DNA from: a virus
Lineage: Duplodnaviria; Caudoviricetes
Virus record (IMG/VR): IMGVR_UViG_3300030376_003949
Location: 1-57,099 of that record
Length of the DNA: 57,099 bases
Direction: 5' to 3' (one strand)
The notes beneath the pieces are model-generated. The model was not told where the DNA came from and made no database searches. It saw only the letters and a program-made list of their open reading frames with translations. The stretch's first letter is position 1. Every line of letters begins with the position of its first letter. Of this stretch, positions 36,097-46,543 are shown piece after piece. A program made the translations under genes and the position numbers.

Positions 36097-37257
36097 TTAC
36101 TTAGCGTCCTTGTCCCTTTTATTTAGCTTGCGAATGAATTCACCTGGAGTTAACTTTCTAACATAGTTGTCAAGTTGATCTGTACCAACCTCACCAGCAG
36201 GTTTCCAATTAAAATACTTAATATCATTTACTTCTACTAAGTCTTTCAACCAAGAACGATAGATACCATCACGCTCATCAATAGAGATGACGTAATTGCT
36301 ACCACGACTAACAACTTTAGAAACGATCCCTGTGTTCGTGTTCTCGACAAAACTTCCTACCTCAAATAAATTCTGATTAAAATATGCTTCACGAAGACCT
36401 TGAGGATCTAACCTAGGAGCAATCTCATACAAATAATATGATGCTTCAGTAAAATCGTCACCAAATTCTTCTACTTGCATTGCTTGACGTAAAGTTGTAT
36501 ATAACTTTTCCGTACCATCTTTACCTAAACTTTTTGACATTCCCTTTTTAAAGGAATCAAAATCATCTTCTGCTGCTGCCTTACGAAGTTTAGATGCAGA
36601 CATACCCTCCACACCTTCACCATCTGGATCTCTTGCTCCCGCAGAAACTACATTGATCTCATCAAATGTGTATATATCTCCGTTGTATTTCTGTGCAAGA
36701 CTATTAAACTCACTAACTCTATCACCACCAACTACTAAATTTACTGAACTATATCCTTCACCATCAAGAGTAGTAAGAACATCAAAGATAGTTCTCATCT
36801 CTTCATTGTTTTGAATAGCATTAGCATGATCAGGATATGCTTGCTTCATAAATCCAATTTTAGTTCCTGCATCAAGAGGATTCTTCTTAGGATCTTCAGA
36901 TCTAGATGGATATATTCTATACTCTCCTCCAGTAGCCTTTGCCTGTTGAGACACCTTGTTTAAAAGTTTCTCATGCCCAACAGTAGGTGGATTAAATCTT
37001 CCAAATGTAACAGATATGCTACCTTGATCGACCTGACCCTCGCCGCTTCCAGTTTCTTCTCCTCCATTTTGCTGCGTCCCAGTTGCTGCTTGTTGGGCAG
37101 AAACCTTTATTAGTTTACCATCCTTAGACAAGTGAGTAACGTTGCCATTTACATCGGCATACTTACCATACCCTACATGTTTAAGTTTTAATTTCTCCGC
37201 TTCTTTTGAAGCGAAAGATCTTTCGGCTTCAGTTAGGAAAGCACTGAACTTTTTCAT
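36097..37257 (-). CDS. Cytidylyltransferase-like nucleotidyltransferase
   Basis: TFGRFNPPTVGH (HIGH-type), VVG.DRV, SAG.RDPD, MSASK. Confidence 0.88.
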   Translation of the reverse strand: MKKFSAFLTEAERSFASKEAEKLKLKHVGYGKYADVNGNVTHLSKDGKLIKVSAQQAATGTQQNGGEETGSGEGQVDQGSISVTFGRFNPPTVGHEKLLNKVSQQAKATGGEYRIYPSRSEDPKKNPLDAGTKIGFMKQAYPDHANAIQNNEEMRTIFDVLTTLDGEGYSSVNLVVGGDRVSEFNSLAQKYNGDIYTFDEINVVSAGARDPDGEGVEGMSASKLRKAAAEDDFDSFKKGMSKSLGKDGTEKLYTTLRQAMQVEEFGDDFTEASYYLYEIAPRLDPQGLREAYFNQNLFEVGSFVENTNTGIVSKVVSRGSNYVISIDERDGIYRSWLKDLVEVNDIKYFNWKPAGEVGTDQLDNYVRKLTPGEFIRKLNKRDKDAK

Positions 37258-38158
37258 TCTGCCAATTCTTACTAAGGTTAAAGTTTGCTCTACTAAAGGT
37301 CAATCGATCTACTATTTTGTAAGGATTGGTTGAAACCGTAACGAACCCCTCATGTTGAGAAGATTCTCCATCGATGTAACATTCAACATTTCCATTTACA
37401 ACAATAGCACCGAGTAGACGCTGTTTCAGTTGGAAGATTTTGTGCCACACCCTAAAGGTATTCACATTAACTTCTCCCTTATATTTAGCATCTAACGTAT
37501 CATACATTTTTTGAGGATGCGGAAGTATACCTTGTCGTACAAATGAATTAATATGTTTTGCTATTTCGGTGCGGGATTGTGGAACCTTTGCAACTATAAT
37601 TGTAGGTAGTATCTTTGCTAAGTGTCTCCATCCTAAAGGTGGTTCTACTGTAGCATTATTAGTATCAACAAAGTAGCAATCAGAAGTAGATTCAAGACTA
37701 ACTCCTATCTTACCTTCAGCAGTAGGACTAACCTCAGTGTATTCTGTATGAGGTGCTAGAATAATTTGCTGAGTAATTGTAGAAGGAAACCTATACTTAA
37801 TAGTATTAGGACAATAAACATTGCCCCCACCGACACCGATCCAATCAGCTTGGATAATACGATTGATACGAGGAAGGTGATCAAGAGCCAACCGAAGAAT
37901 GTCAGCGACAGTGCCTTGATGATTCTGATCAATGTCCTCATGAGTATAATTAATTTTAATCTTTCTTTTGTTGAAGACGGACTTAGTGCCAACAAAGAAC
38001 TTACCATTCTCAGGATTAGTTCCAAACACTATAGCAGGAGCACCGTCCCATTTAACAGACAGTTTAGTAACTGTCACAAGTTCCTTGATAGTATCTATTG
38101 CAACTCTACGTCCTTTGAGAATCGAATCTTCAGGATGCTCAAGGTGCTTGTTAGGCAT
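37229..38158 (-). CDS. Conserved T4-like phage hypothetical protein
   Basis: N.HLEHPED, VKWDGAPA..FG, FFVGTKS.FN, HEGFV, K.VDR..FS..NF. Confidence 0.8.
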   Translation of the reverse strand: MPNKHLEHPEDSILKGRRVAIDTIKELVTVTKLSVKWDGAPAIVFGTNPENGKFFVGTKSVFNKRKIKINYTHEDIDQNHQGTVADILRLALDHLPRINRIIQADWIGVGGGNVYCPNTIKYRFPSTITQQIILAPHTEYTEVSPTAEGKIGVSLESTSDCYFVDTNNATVEPPLGWRHLAKILPTIIVAKVPQSRTEIAKHINSFVRQGILPHPQKMYDTLDAKYKGEVNVNTFRVWHKIFQLKQRLLGAIVVNGNVECYIDGESSQHEGFVTVSTNPYKIVDRLTFSRANFNLSKNWQNEKVQCFPN

Positions 38159-38229
38159 ACGTGTCTCTGCATTACCCCTGTATTATACTCCATTTTAGAG
38201 GGTAATGGGACAGTAGTGTGCCAGTTTAT

Positions 38230-39627
38230 TTACTGGAGTTTCCAGTACACAGAAGACTTGTCCGACTGTGAAGATGCGTACAAATATATTTCTTTCATTA
38301 TCTGATCAGAATCTTTATGAGTTGATACCCAATCCAATAATTTTAATCCCGCATACTTACTATACTTCCATGCTTGTTCTGCCTCATTTTTAATCCATGC
38401 CAAATCAGTTGATTTATTCTTTAAACCCTTTGCATTATATTTTACCAGTAAACTATAAATCTCTTCATCTAACTTACCATTCTTAGCTTTACTCCAAGTA
38501 TCTGTTCCACCATACTCAGGTAGTGTACCAAACTTACCATCCTTCAATAGTTCTTGTACCTTCTTACCTTGTATCTTACCCTGTGCAGCAGACTTACCTT
38601 TCAATTCTAACTTCCAATCACCCTTCTGAGGACCACCAAAGTTTCTTGCTTGAAACTTCTCAAAGGTACTTGTACCATAGTATAGATACACATCCATAGG
38701 GTGACTATCTTTCTTTCTACCATTATCGAATGTTAAATCGTACTTTGCAAAGTGTGCTTTCTCATTCTTCTTTCTCTCTGCAGCAGGTATATCATTCAAC
38801 AGTTTCATCTTAGGTGAACCTTCAATTTTCTTCAAAGATATACCAACTAACTGTTCTTCTATTCGCAATTGTAATAGAGCATTGTTTAAACAATCAATAG
38901 TAGTTTCTTTATTAAGATGATTCTTTACTTTAGTCTTATCTTTCACCATCCATATATCAGCAGGATTCCATTTGTCTTCTGATGATAAATTAGTCTGACC
39001 TTTTACTCTATTAAATGCATTCTTAACTGCACCATCATCGATGATGGCATCACCTCTAACAAATGTCCATCCACTTCCTTGTACTTTATTAAAGATCTCA
39101 TTAGCACCTAACCAAGATGAATCCTGCCATTCTTTTCCCAACGTCATAATTTCATCTAATTTAGAAGATACATCACAATGTTTCATACCACATTTAAAAT
39201 CATCTGCAGTAAATGCTTTCTTCTTTTCTATGTTAGGACAGTAATATCTCATAGCAGCATAGACACACTGTGCAGATTCTACTAGTGTAGTTTGTGCAGC
39301 ACCACCACCAGACCCTTTACTATTCTCTGGTTTAACTTCTATTCTAATAACCTGCTTGTCTCTTATAGGAATATCTAATGAAGTACCCGCTTTATTTGTT
39401 GTAATTCCTGGATAGTTCTCATCCAATGCACCTTTTATATTCTCAACTGCTGTAGTTCTTTTTGTTTGAGGAACAAAAACCTTTAATGCTATCTGAACTT
39501 TCTTAGTTGAGTCCTTGTCCTCTACATTCTTAACATCAAATAAGTAATATGAATAGTCGTCACCCCCCAATGCCTTCATCACATCTTCGAAGGCGGATTT
39601 ATTTACTGGGGGTATTGTTATTGCCAT
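38230..39627 (-). CDS. Hypothetical protein, possibly PD-(D/E)XK-like nuclease
   Basis: DKWNPADIW...GISLKK; late-type TAAATA upstream. Confidence 0.6.
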   Translation of the reverse strand: MAITIPPVNKSAFEDVMKALGGDDYSYYLFDVKNVEDKDSTKKVQIALKVFVPQTKRTTAVENIKGALDENYPGITTNKAGTSLDIPIRDKQVIRIEVKPENSKGSGGGAAQTTLVESAQCVYAAMRYYCPNIEKKKAFTADDFKCGMKHCDVSSKLDEIMTLGKEWQDSSWLGANEIFNKVQGSGWTFVRGDAIIDDGAVKNAFNRVKGQTNLSSEDKWNPADIWMVKDKTKVKNHLNKETTIDCLNNALLQLRIEEQLVGISLKKIEGSPKMKLLNDIPAAERKKNEKAHFAKYDLTFDNGRKKDSHPMDVYLYYGTSTFEKFQARNFGGPQKGDWKLELKGKSAAQGKIQGKKVQELLKDGKFGTLPEYGGTDTWSKAKNGKLDEEIYSLLVKYNAKGLKNKSTDLAWIKNEAEQAWKYSKYAGLKLLDWVSTHKDSDQIMKEIYLYASSQSDKSSVYWKLQ

Positions 39628-39654
39628 TAGTCAGACACAGGTCTCCACTAATAT

Positions 39655-39831
39655 TTATTCTGGAATAGAAGGACGAGGATAATGTATGATGATGTACTCT
39701 TCAAGAGATCCATCTTTGTTTGGCATTGTTTGTCTATACCACCTTGCATCTTCTCCATAATTTTTACAAACTTGCTCAACTTGCATAATTGCAAGAGAAT
39801 CTTTTTCTTTTTGTGTCATCTCTTTACTCAT
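39655..39831 (-). CDS. Small hypothetical protein (58 aa)
   Basis: Hand translation MSKEMTQKEKDSLAIMQVEQVCKNYGEDARWY... Confidence 0.5.
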   Translation of the reverse strand: MSKEMTQKEKDSLAIMQVEQVCKNYGEDARWYRQTMPNKDGSLEEYIIIHYPRPSIPE

Positions 39832-39838
39832 TTTCTTT

Positions 39839-40381
39839 TTAGGGGGTAAAAAAGTTTAAATTTATTACAGATTTAAGACGATTGTCAGTTTGACTGACAC
39901 CTCTATGTTTGAAGTTTGATGGAAATTTTACCAAACGGTTAGCAACACATTGTGTTGTTGTACCATCTTCAAACTCTGTATATCCATCACATGTATTAAC
40001 ATAATATATGGCAGTTGTCATTTTACTAGAAGGAATTGGATCCTCTACAGACTCTGCCCAATCATAATGAAAATCACTAAAGAATCTTTTACTCTTTAAA
40101 GGTTCTAGATTTGCTTTTACTTTATGCAATGAAAGGAAGTCAATTTTATTTAGTAGAGGTACGATGGACTCAAAATCAGGAGACATTCCATATTGGAAAT
40201 GACCATTCCATGATTGTTGAAAATAAAATTCATGCTCAAACTGATAATTGTCAACATCATTTTCATTTATACCATCATAAACCTTGTAAGGTTGATATTT
40301 CCATTGAAGAATATCCATAAAATATTTTTCAATGTTCTGAAAATCTTTATGTGGTAAGAAGTTATCTATTACTTCAATCAT
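39839..40381 (-). CDS. 2OG-Fe(II) oxygenase-like protein
   Basis: VIDNFL; FH.D; TAIYY.NT.DGYT.F; NRL..F....H; R..IN.N. Confidence 0.8.
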   Translation of the reverse strand: MIEVIDNFLPHKDFQNIEKYFMDILQWKYQPYKVYDGINENDVDNYQFEHEFYFQQSWNGHFQYGMSPDFESIVPLLNKIDFLSLHKVKANLEPLKSKRFFSDFHYDWAESVEDPIPSSKMTTAIYYVNTCDGYTEFEDGTTTQCVANRLVKFPSNFKHRGVSQTDNRLKSVINLNFFTP

Positions 40382-40899
40382 AATGGAATCAAAGACATCA
40401 TATGTTGAGGTTCCATAGGTTCAGTACAAATATCAAACCCTAATGTTATTCTTGGTTCAGTAAAATTATCTTTAGCAACAACCCTATGATACCTATAACC
40501 AGGACCGATGTATATATTTCCAACTTGATTCTCTACTTCGAATTTTTCAAATTCTGTTATAGAATTTTTTGGATCTATACTTATGTAACCATGATAAGGC
40601 CACTCATGATTGTGCCATTTTAAAACTGTATCTGGAGTATGATAGTTTAACCAACACTGCATCCACTTATATTTTTCTGGAACATATTCATGTATAATAT
40701 CTTTCAATTCAAAAAACAATTCTCTGAAAAGTAAATTAGGAGATGTTAATGCAAAGAAATTATACAACCCATAGGTATATGTTGAGTCTTGACCATTAAA
40801 AACATTTTGATGTGTCTCATATGCTCTGTGTATTAACTCAACCATCTCATCTTTATTATCAATGATTAATTGAGATTTGTAGATTTTATATTCAGTCAT
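40378..40899 (-). CDS. 2OG-Fe(II)/cupin-like protein
   Basis: WLN..L.WH.H; H.V...RITLGFD. Confidence 0.7.
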   Translation of the reverse strand: MTEYKIYKSQLIIDNKDEMVELIHRAYETHQNVFNGQDSTYTYGLYNFFALTSPNLLFRELFFELKDIIHEYVPEKYKWMQCWLNYHTPDTVLKWHNHEWPYHGYISIDPKNSITEFEKFEVENQVGNIYIGPGYRYHRVVAKDNFTEPRITLGFDICTEPMEPQHMMSLIPL

Positions 40900-42007
40900 T
40901 TATTCCTATGTTAAATGATACTGCAATACGATCATTATCCATCTCATTACTATCTACAGAATGAGCTAACTGAGATGGAAATAAAAGTAATCTCCCCTGT
41001 ACTGGAGGATAATAAGTATCTCTATGTTTTAGATCATGTTGTCGAATGATAAAATCTTCTTGATCTGGTCTATGAAAATAAATAGATCCTTGATCCTCAT
41101 CCTCTATACATTTTACATAATAAACTCCAGACATAAATGATCCTGGATGTATATGTCTTGCATTATAACCACCCTTAGGATTGATACATACCCAATAGTT
41201 TAAAATAGTTAATGTTCGTCTATCATCACCTTCAAGATACTGAGAACTAAAAATACTATTTGATACCATAGTAACATGATCAACCAATTTAAGTAGACCT
41301 CTTTGATTTATATCAAAGTTAAGATCATCAGATTGCCATCCATCTATTGTACTACGACCTCTACTATCAGGTTGTGAATTTCTTAATTGATAACAATCGT
41401 TTGCAATTACATCATTATCAAGATTCAAATCAGTCCACCACATTGGTGTTGGAAATAAAAAGTCTATATTGATTTCATTGTTTGATGTTTGTTGCACAGG
41501 TTCCGCATCGAAAGTAAAAGCTGTTGTCAGTCTTGGACTAGTACTATTATTAGCAGGAACATAGTGTTGTATTGTACCATCAAAAATTAAAATATCACCT
41601 TGATCTATTTCAGGTGATTCTATATTCACATCAGTAAATTTTGTTGAACTATGAATGTTCTTATCAAAGATCATATAATGAACGAAGGTGTAACCTCCAT
41701 CATGATCATGGGGTTCTTGATACTGTCCAGACTTATAATAATTATACCATATAGGTCCAAGACCTTTAAACTTTAGACCTCTACTTTCACAAAAAATTCT
41801 TGCTTGTTGTTCATACTCACCTCTTAAAAATTCATAATCAATTGGTTCAGCATCAAGATCATTATCATGTATCACATGACAATTACAATTCCACCTATTT
41901 TTAGATGGAAATTTCTTATAGTTTCTTTCAATGGCACCAATATTTCTTTGTACGAAATTATTAGTCCATTCAAGATTTTTCTTATAGAATTTACTTTCCA
42001 AATTCAT
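40892..42007 (-). CDS. Tandem two-domain 2OG-Fe(II) oxygenase
   Basis: Domain 1: WYNYY..GQYQE.H.H...H.V..N...R.T. Domain 2: LFPT..W..H.HP...SGVYY...H.V..N...R..VSFN. Confidence 0.8.
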   Translation of the reverse strand: MNLESKFYKKNLEWTNNFVQRNIGAIERNYKKFPSKNRWNCNCHVIHDNDLDAEPIDYEFLRGEYEQQARIFCESRGLKFKGLGPIWYNYYKSGQYQEPHDHDGGYTFVHYMIFDKNIHSSTKFTDVNIESPEIDQGDILIFDGTIQHYVPANNSTSPRLTTAFTFDAEPVQQTSNNEINIDFLFPTPMWWTDLNLDNDVIANDCYQLRNSQPDSRGRSTIDGWQSDDLNFDINQRGLLKLVDHVTMVSNSIFSSQYLEGDDRRTLTILNYWVCINPKGGYNARHIHPGSFMSGVYYVKCIEDEDQGSIYFHRPDQEDFIIRQHDLKHRDTYYPPVQGRLLLFPSQLAHSVDSNEMDNDRIAVSFNIGIND

Positions 42008-42194
42008 CAGTAAGTCCTTCTTCGACTTGTTCCAGTAAGGGAACTACATGTAGAATATTATCAATATTAGATAACATATCTGCAATGTGTTTTGATATGT
42101 ATGGTTTCTCAGTACGTGCTGCAAATGATAATGCGTTACGTAGATCTTCTTGTGCCTCTATGAGAGAGGATTCGACTTGTTCTGATAATGGCAT
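41991..42194 (-). CDS. Conserved hypothetical protein
   Basis: LS.QV..SL.EAQ..LRNAL.FAAR.E.P. Confidence 0.75.
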   Translation of the reverse strand: MPLSEQVESSLIEAQEDLRNALSFAARTEKPYISKHIADMLSNIDNILHVVPLLEQVEEGLTDEFGK

Positions 42195-42197
42195 AAT

Positions 42198-42368
42198 TTA
42201 ATTCCAGTGTCGGATTACTCCGCTAATAATAAAACAGTTAGTGACGAGATAAGATACGAAAATAAAAGTACGTACCAGAACAACGTAGTTGTCGTAGCGT
42301 TTAGTCTTTTCGTCAGAGAATGAACCCAGTGCATACTTCCATATCCTCCATGCTTTAATGGGGGTCAT
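42198..42368 (-). CDS. Small membrane protein (56 aa)
   Basis: Hand translation ..WRIWKYALGSFSDEKTKRYDN.V..VRTFIF.SYL.TNCFI.SGVIRHWN. Confidence 0.7.
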   Translation of the reverse strand: MTPIKAWRIWKYALGSFSDEKTKRYDNYVVLVRTFIFVSYLVTNCFIISGVIRHWN

Positions 42369-42435
42369 ACATTACGAATGTACATATGATTGCTACTATC
42401 AATGCAATAGCAATCGCTCCAAAAATTAGATGCAT
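42355..42435 (-). CDS. Single-TM microprotein (26 aa)
   Basis: [26 protein letters not shown]; TAATG coupling to purH. Confidence 0.4.
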   Translation of the reverse strand: MHLIFGAIAIALIVAIICTFVMYDPH

Positions 42436-43019
42436 TACACATTACCCTCCATCCATGTACTAATTGTTGCATCATACTCAGCAGTATGTATAAATGCTTC
42501 TAGCATAAATTGTTTCCTTAAATCCTCAGGTTTAATTGATATGTTTCCTTTGATTGAATCCAAGTAAATACCATACTGATTTGGATTAGTTAATACAGCA
42601 ACATCCTTATAATTCTTTGCTGCTGATCTTACCATACTAGGACCACCAATATCAATGTTCTCTATTGCATCTGCAAGAGTTACATCTGGTTTAGCAACTG
42701 TCTCTTTAAATGGATATAAGTTTACAGCAACGATATCAATCAATCCAATATCATTTGCATTACGATCCATATCATGTACAGGATTACCACGCTGTGCAAG
42801 AATACCACCATGAATCTTTGGATGTAATGTCTTTACTCTTCCATTAAGAATCTCTGGTGAACCAGTATACTCAGATACCTTCATTACAGGGATACCTTCT
42901 GCCTGAAGAACAGCATGAGTTCCACCACTAGAAATAATTCTATATCCAGCACTCACTAATCCTCTTGCGAAATCAACAATACCGTTTTTATTAGATACGC
43001 TTAGTAATGCATAATTCAT
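42435..43019 (-). CDS. purH: PurH N-terminal IMP cyclohydrolase (MGS) domain only
   Basis: [47 protein letters not shown]. Confidence 0.92.
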   Translation of the reverse strand: MNYALLSVSNKNGIVDFARGLVSAGYRIISSGGTHAVLQAEGIPVMKVSEYTGSPEILNGRVKTLHPKIHGGILAQRGNPVHDMDRNANDIGLIDIVAVNLYPFKETVAKPDVTLADAIENIDIGGPSMVRSAAKNYKDVAVLTNPNQYGIYLDSIKGNISIKPEDLRKQFMLEAFIHTAEYDATISTWMEGNV

Positions 43020-43432
43020 ACGTCACCTTCTGCACGGTTTTCTGAATGATGAACATCAAATTCACCACCAGGATATCTTGCCTTTAACTTCTCTACATTC
43101 ATCTCAATGATTTCATCGATTGTAGTATCAAGTGACATACATGCCTGAGCAACATACCACATGACATCTCCTAGTTCTCTCTTCATATGAAATCTATTCT
43201 CTTCAGTATATGGTTTACCTTGGAACACTATTTTCTTTACTACCTCAGTAAACTCTCCTGACTCTGCACTCATACCAAGTGCAGCAGTTATCAAACGATT
43301 GATAGGTATTCCATCATCGCCCTTTTGTATCTCAAAGCATCTAGAATTAAATGCAATATAATCATTTGATTCTTTAGATGTTACTGCATCAACGAAGTCC
43401 AAATAGGCATCCGTGTTTACTCGCTTAGTCAT
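43016..43432 (-). CDS. mazG: MazG-like nucleotide pyrophosphohydrolase
   Basis: AE.GEF.E.VKK...ELGD.MWY...N..KL..RYP. Confidence 0.93.
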   Translation of the reverse strand: MTKRVNTDAYLDFVDAVTSKESNDYIAFNSRCFEIQKGDDGIPINRLITAALGMSAESGEFTEVVKKIVFQGKPYTEENRFHMKRELGDVMWYVAQACMSLDTTIDEIIEMNVEKLKARYPGGEFDVHHSENRAEGDV

Positions 43433-44783
43433 ACTTTAGATCTTGAAATGTTTTCTTTGGTGTGAATTTTTTTACTAAGTCAATCTCAGGTTCACCAGCA
43501 TCAACTAGATCTTTCTGAGCTTCCTCTATATCATACAACCTCATCTTTGATCTGTCAATACCTATACAAAATCTTTTGTAAGAAGTAGGATCATTGTATC
43601 TATTCTTCAATTGCTTCACCATAATTTGATTCATCCCCTCCAACTCTTCTGTAGAAATAAGGGCAAACATAAGGTCAGCAGTAGCAGGGAGTCCAAAAGA
43701 TTCAGAGGTGTCATCAGAACTAGCAAACCCGCTACGAGTAGTTTGAGTGGCAGATACAATCGGAACGTTCGCCTCAACTGCGAGACCCCTAAGTTCTTCT
43801 GCGATTGCTTTGACATAAGTGTAACTGTTAACGATAGATCCTTTGTACCTCTGGGAGGCACAGATATTTAAATAATCTACAAATATAATATCAGGTCGAA
43901 TAGATCTTTTAAGAGCAAGATCATTAATAAGAGATTTAAAATGTCCAACATGTGCAGACGCAGTAGGATACTCTTTGATAATTAATTTACCTTGAGTCTT
44001 TTCAGAAAGTTTTGCAATCTTCTTCTCAAACATTACCTTCGGAAAATCCGAAAGTTTTTGAATGGGGATGTTGAGTAGATTCGCATCAATGCGTTCAGCG
44101 ATTTTCTCCTCCGCCATTTCCAACGTGATGTAAAGGACATTCTTCCCTTGAAGAAGGGCAGAGGCAGCACAGTGACACATAAACAAAGACTTGCCCACAC
44201 CAGTACCAGCAAGTGCGATATTAAGAGTCTTATTAGGAAGACCACCCTTCGTAATTTTATTGAAGAGAGATAGATCAAAAGGGATCTTATCTTCTTTACG
44301 ATGATAGAAATCATACCTTGCTTCTGCGTCTGAGACATAATCATGTCCTACGTGTTGATCGAATGATACTCCAAGTGCTTCAGATAAAATTTGTGGAATA
44401 GCACCCTTATCTTTCTTAGAATCCTGACCATCAGCAATCTTAACACTCTCCATAAGAGATAGGTAGATCGCACGTTCTTGACACCACTTCTCGGTAGCAT
44501 CTAGTAACCAGTCATGGTCTGATATATCATCAGAAAGAACATTTAGAACTCCAATAACCTCTTTAAATTGTTCTTCCGATAGATCAGTTCTTTCCTGACA
44601 CTCAATTCCTAAAGCATTAAGAGAAGGTAACGCATCATACTGACTAACATATTCATGAATCTCTAAGAAAACAATCTTATGTTCACGTGCAGTAAAGTAT
44701 TCTGACTTAAGAAATGGCAACACCTTTCTGGTATACTTTTCACTGTATACCAGATTACTGAGAATAGTTACTTCTAGATTCAT
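43425..44783 (-). CDS. gp41: Replicative helicase (apparent 4-aa deletion in a conserved motif)
   Basis: AGTGVGKS, ITLEMAEE, VDYLNI, SATQTTR, ESFGLPATAD, QLKNRY. Confidence 0.96.
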   Translation of the reverse strand: MNLEVTILSNLVYSEKYTRKVLPFLKSEYFTAREHKIVFLEIHEYVSQYDALPSLNALGIECQERTDLSEEQFKEVIGVLNVLSDDISDHDWLLDATEKWCQERAIYLSLMESVKIADGQDSKKDKGAIPQILSEALGVSFDQHVGHDYVSDAEARYDFYHRKEDKIPFDLSLFNKITKGGLPNKTLNIALAGTGVGKSLFMCHCAASALLQGKNVLYITLEMAEEKIAERIDANLLNIPIQKLSDFPKVMFEKKIAKLSEKTQGKLIIKEYPTASAHVGHFKSLINDLALKRSIRPDIIFVDYLNICASQRYKGSIVNSYTYVKAIAEELRGLAVEANVPIVSATQTTRSGFASSDDTSESFGLPATADLMFALISTEELEGMNQIMVKQLKNRYNDPTSYKRFCIGIDRSKMRLYDIEEAQKDLVDAGEPEIDLVKKFTPKKTFQDLKYD

Positions 44784-45424
44784 AGGTAGTGAAGATAGGA
44801 TCCAAGAATGTATTTTGTACCTTTAGTAACTGGGCGACCCGCATGGCGATACATCCAGTTTGGAGGGAACACTAATATCCTAGCACACTTTGGAGTAATT
44901 GCATAATTAAGTTTTGGAAAGTCTGTAGTTCCACCTTCCTCAACATCATTCAAGTATAAAAAACATACCAAAAATCTACGAGCAGAATTATAATCTCCAA
45001 CATCAACATGATCTGCAAATTCATCTGTAGAATTATGACGATATCTTTTAATTCTAAACTCCTCAAAAGCATATTTAGCAGGAAAATCTGGACCTATATC
45101 CAACTCATCAAGATATGTACTAACAGCTTCAACAAACATAGCTTGAACTTCTTTCTGAAAACCCATCCATGCAACATCCTTTGCTGCATACCGTTGAGAA
45201 ATATTCATCTCTGTAAACGTAGGTCTTGTTAGTCTATCGATATATGAATGATGTTCTTCCTGTGATTCAAATAAGTCTACAATTCCATTACAGGTTTCTT
45301 TATCACAAATATTATCATAGACTTTTATATAATCTTTAAGTCTTTCACACGGTTTGATTACATCAGATAATGAAACCTCTAAAGGATTATTCACCATAAC
45401 GAAACTCCTTCTGAGCAATCTCAT
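44780..45424 (-). CDS. 2OG-Fe(II) oxygenase
   Basis: [19 protein letters not shown]...H.G, KY. Confidence 0.88.
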   Translation of the reverse strand: MRLLRRSFVMVNNPLEVSLSDVIKPCERLKDYIKVYDNICDKETCNGIVDLFESQEEHHSYIDRLTRPTFTEMNISQRYAAKDVAWMGFQKEVQAMFVEAVSTYLDELDIGPDFPAKYAFEEFRIKRYRHNSTDEFADHVDVGDYNSARRFLVCFLYLNDVEEGGTTDFPKLNYAITPKCARILVFPPNWMYRHAGRPVTKGTKYILGSYLHYL

Positions 45425-46397
45425 CGAGTGCTTGCATCACTTCAGTAGTGAAATATGTTTCTGGATCCTTAAGTATTTGTTTAGCGTAAACTTTCTTACC
45501 ATTCATCTCATATCTACCTGCTACATTCTTCCACAGTCCACCTTTCTCACCCAATTCTAGCAATCCATAGTACCTATCAAGACCTTTATCATAGTATAAA
45601 CGTGTTTCAACTTGAGAATTCTCTTTCGTTAGTCTGGACTTTTGGGTTTTGCATTTGATAATATTTCCAACAACCTCAGTACCATCCTTTTCCTTCTTTT
45701 TTGATAGATATATAATTGTTGATGAAGCGTATTTGAGTCCACTTCCACCTCCCATTTCTTTCGTAGGAACATAAGAACCAATTACATCATATGTATGATT
45801 AGTAACGATCATTGGGACATTTACTTTACCTAACTTAAGAGTAAGAATACGGAACGCACCCTTAATAAGTTGTGCTTTAGTCATGTCACGAACATTCTTT
45901 TCTGCTGAAACGTCTGCAATCTCCTTCTCTGTAGAAAGCATACCCAAAGAATCTAAAACAAACATTAAGGGTTGACGATCTTCTTCTGGTTGATCTCCAT
46001 AATTTTCTAAGATTTGACATGCTTGAGTTCGGAACTGTTCGATAGTTGCAACAGGAACAATCAACACACGATCAGATGGAATACCACGATCTTCAATCAT
46101 CTGCTTAGATATAGCAGACTCAGATTCAAATAAAATTACTCCAGCATCGGGATTGTTTTCAAGGAAATGCTTAACCATCCCAAGGCAAAAGAAAGTCTTA
46201 CCAGTAGAAGACTCTCCAGCGATAGCAGTGATTTTATTTGAGGGAACACCACCAAAAATGGAACCACTAACCAAAGCATTGAAAATATAACTACCAGTAT
46301 CAATAAAATCAGCACGATCTTCTGCTAAGATACCCTCACTAGCAAGTGCTGCATAATCATTATTAATCTGTTTTGCTACATCTGTTAGAAAACTCAC
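45387..46397 (-). CDS. uvsX: RecA-like recombinase
   Basis: [26 protein letters not shown]. Confidence 0.95.
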   Translation of the reverse strand: MSFLTDVAKQINNDYAALASEGILAEDRADFIDTGSYIFNALVSGSIFGGVPSNKITAIAGESSTGKTFFCLGMVKHFLENNPDAGVILFESESAISKQMIEDRGIPSDRVLIVPVATIEQFRTQACQILENYGDQPEEDRQPLMFVLDSLGMLSTEKEIADVSAEKNVRDMTKAQLIKGAFRILTLKLGKVNVPMIVTNHTYDVIGSYVPTKEMGGGSGLKYASSTIIYLSKKKEKDGTEVVGNIIKCKTQKSRLTKENSQVETRLYYDKGLDRYYGLLELGEKGGLWKNVAGRYEMNGKKVYAKQILKDPETYFTTEVMQALDEIAQKEFRYGE

Positions 46398-46543
46398 TCT
46401 TTAACCTCCAATTTTGTGATGTAATTAGAACGTTTCATGGCACGTTCAAACCATTTAGCTTCGTCTTTGTCGAAGAATTCCTTCTCCTCTGGCATTCTAC
46501 CAGCACCGAAGGCTTTCTGATATTCAACAATGTATGTGGTCAT
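46394..46543 (-). CDS. Small hypothetical protein (49 aa)
   Basis: Hand translation [32 protein letters not shown]...; overlaps both neighbours. Confidence 0.6.
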   Translation of the reverse strand: MTTYIVEYQKAFGAGRMPEEKEFFDKDEAKWFERAMKRSNYITKLEVKE

